Shown here: one piece after another, positions 60,055-64,000 of the stretch
Layout of the letters: every line of letters starts with the position of its first letter
Numbering within the stretch: position 1 is the stretch's first letter
NCBI GenBank assembly: GCA_002269645.1
Contig: NIVC01000535.1
Coordinates: 63,757-127,756, forward strand
Origin: Macrostomum lignano
Lineage: Eukaryota
Length of the DNA stretch: 64,000 nucleotides
Reading direction: 5' to 3'
Position numbers and translations under genes: made by a program
Notes under the pieces: generated by a model
Seen by the model: the letters and a program-made list of their open reading frames with translations, nothing else
The model's database searches: none
What the model was told of the DNA's origin: nothing

Positions 60055-60812
60055 ACATAAGACACTAAGACTCAAAGACACAGGCACTAAGACAATAAGA
60101 CACTTAGACACAGACAATAAGACAATAAGACAATAAGACAACAAGACACTAAGACAATAAGACACTAAGACACTATGACAATAATACACTAAGACACAGA
60201 CAATAAGACACTAAGACACAGACAATAAGACACAAAGACACAGACAATAAGACACTAAGACACAGACAATAAGACACAAAGACACAGACAATAAGACACT
60301 AAGACACAGACAATAAAACACAAAGACACAGACAATAAAACACTAACACACAGACAATAAGACACAAAGACACTATGACAATAATACACTAAGACACAGA
60401 CAATAAGACACTAAGACACTATGACAATAATACACTAAGACACAGACAATAAGACACTAAGACACAGACAATAAGACACTAAGACACAGACAATAAGACA
60501 CAAAGACACAGACAATAAGACACTAAGACACAGACAATAAGACACTAAGACACTATGAAAATAATACACTAAGACACAGACAATAAGACACTAAGACACT
60601 ATGACAATAATACACTAAGACACTATGACAATAATACACTAAGACACAGACAATAAGACACTAAGACACAGACAATAAGACACAAAGACACAGACAATAA
60701 GACACAAAGACACAGACAATAAGACACTAAGACACAGACAATAAGACACTAAGACACAGACAATAAGACACTAAGACACAGACAATAAGACACTAAGACA
60801 CAGGCACTAAGA
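60055..60812. repeat. Modular repeat built from 6-8 nt GAC-initiated words (gacactaa/gacaca/gacaataa/gacacaaa), ~22-bp higher-order unit
   Basis: gacactaagacacagacaataa repeated with variants. Confidence 0.9.
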
Positions 60813-61817
60813 CCTAATGAAACGAAGCACCAGTTCTGACTTTGACAATGACGTCGCCAGACGGTTTCTACAACCGACCCAGCTATCCGGTCGATGTCAG
60901 TTCATTGTCATCAACAACCGGGCCGCAGCCACGGCTAATTGGATCCATAATGTTCAGACGGCCAGAAGCAAAGATCACAGCAGACCATCAGTTACTTAGC
61001 CGTTCCATCCGAGCTCGATTGGTCCCCGGCCAGGAACAGGCAAAGCGACTTTTCCGCCATGTCGCGGCGCCCGTGTTCAGCCCGGCCGGGCTATTGAACG
61101 CTAATTAAAAGCCGCAGATCTGCCTGACTGGCAGGAGGCCGGTGGTGGGGGGGGGGGGGTTCTGGCTGGCGGACAAACGATTGCCGGAAATGAAACGGCA
61201 CCCGGCACAGAAACATTCAGCCAGACAGACAGGCGGACAGATAGATGGATAGAGGAGGCGAATCAGCGATGGAGAAAGAAATGGGCCCGCCAGATGCCAG
61301 CAGAGCCACATGCGGAACACAAACACCATGGGGGGCTGGGGTGCTTATCCTTCCGTTCAGGTGGGCCGCTGGGATTCCCAGTGCAGCTTTCTCTTTTCTC
61401 TCCAACTCTGCGCAGCCCGAAAATGCCCAGCGGATGATGAGATGGCGCAGCGAAGTGTCCCACCGCAGCTGCTGATGATGCATGCATCGGTGTGGACAAG
61501 TGGGATAATTGGGTGGTGGGGTAGGGTGATTCCGGGGCCGGTTTGGAGGGACAACAGTTGATTGGCAGGTCCAAGAGCTGCCAGTTGGAGCAAATTTTGA
61601 GTGGGACATTTTCAGCCTTTTAAGTTAGATGCTGTAAATCTAAAGTTTTGAATAGCTTTTATTTCAAGCCAGCTGGCAGATTTTCTTGTGTCAGATTGTT
61701 GGAAAATTGCAGAATTGAGGCTTCAATCCTCGCCCTGATGCTGCACCACGGTAGCAGACAGGGTTGAGTGAGTGTTGGTTTAGTCACTTCCGAGTACCCA
61801 GCAGTCTAACCCAGGGG

Positions 61818-62092
61818 TGACCGAGTACCGAGTACCGAGCAGTCTAACCCAGGGGTGACCAAGAACCGAGTATCGAGCTATGCAGCTTGTTTTTTAATCT
61901 TCAACTTCACGGGAAAAATCACTTTTTGAAAGTTGATTTCCTGCCTTTTCTAGAAATAAAATTGTGAATATATTGCTTTCAAAGTCTCAATAATCCTGTC
62001 GACATCAAAACTTGACATTGTTGGTTATAATTACTGGCCTAATGCTCGTCGAAACTCCATTATAATCGAGAACCGAGTACTCGCCCAGCCCT
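61818..62092. mobile_element. Possible degenerate hAT-type MITE
   Basis: Left caggggtgaccgagtaccgag (duplicated at 61860) versus right gagtactcgcccagcccta (rc tagggctgggcgagtactc). No TSD found. Confidence 0.3.
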
Positions 62093-62420
62093 AGAAATTT
62101 GCCAAAATTTGCTTTGGTAAAACGAATGGTTTGATGAATGATTAGGAGGCTTTGGCTTTGTACACAGCCAGACTTACCTACCCTGCTGAGCAAACTCACA
62201 TCAACTCGATTTCACGGCTGGCCGATGGTCAATTTGTGCCAGTCAAAGACCCCGAATTTTTAAAAAAAGATGGTCTTGCCATTTTGTTATTGGTGAATTT
62301 TCCGGACGACAGCTATCCAAATAAACAATCACGAATAAATTGTATTTTTAGAAAAATTTACCAAATTTACACGCATTTTTAAGCTGCATGCTAGTACATG
62401 TGTATGTTACCTATTCTGCA

Positions 62421-62492
62421 GGATAAGTGCGGAATCGAACTTAGGACCTTCTGGCGCCAGAGCCAGACGCATTAAAGCTTCGCAGCTCATCC
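62421..62492 (-). pseudogene. tRNA-like remnant (tRNA pseudogene or SINE head)
   Basis: ggatgag/cttatcc acceptor stem and gttcgattcc box B are present, but there is no TGG D-loop, the anticodon loop is 8 nt and the T-stem is broken. Confidence 0.4.
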
Positions 62493-64000
62493 CCGTAGGT
62501 AAATTAGACTTGGATTTCTGTTAAAGTAGATTTATTTGGCCAGAAGTGATTGGCCAAAATGAGCTTTTTGCATTAGAGCTATTAGAGCCGTAAAACGGTG
62601 AGGATTTCCCATTTGAACCACATCTTTCGATCTATTCTCATCTCCTGTTTCTCTCAATTTGCAATGAAGGAACTGTGCAAGAAGTGAAGAGTCCATTTGG
62701 TTCATTAATTACCGGTCCCTTTACGAAGGGCCGAGGCGGGCAGTGGGAAGGCGACGGGTCGGGCGCGGGGCAGCGAGAGGGGATTTTCTCCCTCACAGAT
62801 TTCGCGCTGCGTTTGTTAGCACGCTGAGTCAGACACACTAACACGCATCCCTCAGCGTCTCGCACAATGATCTCTACCCTGCTGCTCCCCTGATTGACAA
62901 GATATTGGGCAGGGCTGAGACACACCAGGATTTTTTGGGGATGTATAGCCAGCCATACATGCAGTCCCAGGCGAGGTTCTCGTTGGCAATCTCATTACTC
63001 GTACAGTGTATTCCTGTGGGCCGTCGGAGCAGTATCTGGACCACCTACGCCCCTTCATTCTTAGCTCACAATTCGTTTTGTACGACCCATGCTACTATAC
63101 CGGTATGAAGATCTCATATACAAGCTTATCAATGCGAATACAGTTCTGTGCTTACCCATACTTAAGTACTTTCTGCGGTAAAGAAATCCTTCGTCGATAT
63201 AGATGGCGCGGAGGACTTGCATTGAGACATACAGTACCATTCGGTTCGCTCGCTATCGCCCGTGTTTCTCTCTGTTCATCAGAGCCAATAGTTTCGAAAG
63301 CAGCGAAAGCCGGGACTCAGAGAGGCTCTAATGAATAGAAAATAGAAAGAGAGAGAGGGAGGAGAAGGAAAGGCCGTGCTTGAGCCGGAGAATCAGCGGC
63401 AGGCGGGGCGCTGTCCCACGGGAAATTATAAAATTGTCTCAGCCCAGAGTCCTAAACCAAAGCGCATAGCGGTGAGCACATCGTCATGAGCATGCATCGG
63501 AAGACGGCTGCTGCTGTTCTCAAGCGCCTCTCTGACGCGAATGTGGATGGCAAACCTCGACATGCGGAGCAGATGATTTCAGTCTGAAGTGCTGATTTCG
63601 GCTAACTGAGTGATTCTGAAAAGGCTTTCAATCCTCGGTGGGACCTGCTGAGGTTATCAAAATCACGTGTTCCACGGACATAGAGCTGAACAAACTCAGT
63701 CACTCAAACCAGTAGCTGTCAAGTGCAGATGAGGAAACTCGCAGGATTTTTGAAGCTATTCATTCTTCCATTTTGTGTCTTGTTCCCACGAATAGCAGTG
63801 CACTTGACTTGTGGTGTGCGGTCGATGCAGCGTTTTAAGTACTTTTATAATTAAAAAGCAAACAGATGATATTTTGCTGTTACATCTTGCTCTTTGAATC
63901 TTGCTCTTGCACACAGAATTAAACCAAGAGAACCACGAAAACGAATGTCTGACTCCCAAGGTCCAATATTTCTGCAAATAAAAGTATAACAGATATTAAA

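Noticed and set aside
62421-62492. Functional tRNA-Gln(CTG) or an 8-nt-loop frameshift-suppressor tRNA
   Set aside because: The D-loop GG is missing and the T-stem is unpaired, so it is treated as a pseudogene or SINE head.
58400-64000. Short GC-rich ORFs at 58.9-59.8, 60.8-61.6 and 62.6-63.3 kb as genes
   Set aside because: No recognisable motifs, no consistent splice-site chain, and overlapping ORFs on both strands; left unannotated.

Overview
This is eukaryotic (animal) genomic DNA with spliceosomal GT-AG introns, GC/CpG-rich exons and AT-rich introns packed with locally born minisatellites. The overall style suggests a free-living flatworm such as Macrostomum; that is an inference, not proven. 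Genes I could reconstruct exon by exon: a co-oriented + strand trio PSMC4 (Rpt3), PSMD14 (Rpn11) and MEMO1; a 102-aa secreted 6-Cys peptide precursor (-); an 11-exon, ~789-aa neprilysin/M13-family protein (-) that has lost all three zinc ligands (HExxH reads AELVK, ENIAD reads RNIIA); an intronless secreted PAN/apple + LamG/pentraxin-like protein (+); and a large MUC4/SUSD2-like type I membrane protein (-; EGF-NIDO-AMOP-VWD-EGFs-SEA-EGFs-TM) with a +1 homopolymer frameshift. There are also two or three orphan coding segments. Mobile DNA comprises an RTE LINE 3' fragment with TSD, a CpG-eroded hAT relic, a hAT MITE with 8-bp TSD, two tRNA-derived SINE families (5 and 3 copies), and an internal R1/LOA-like LINE fragment embedded in a minisatellite. 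The best candidates for new biology are a possible trans-spliced proteasome operon, the pseudo-neprilysin and its neighbouring Cys-rich peptide, and sharply bounded CpG-erased transposon relics. There are no CRISPR arrays or rRNA genes and no convincing intact tRNA gene.
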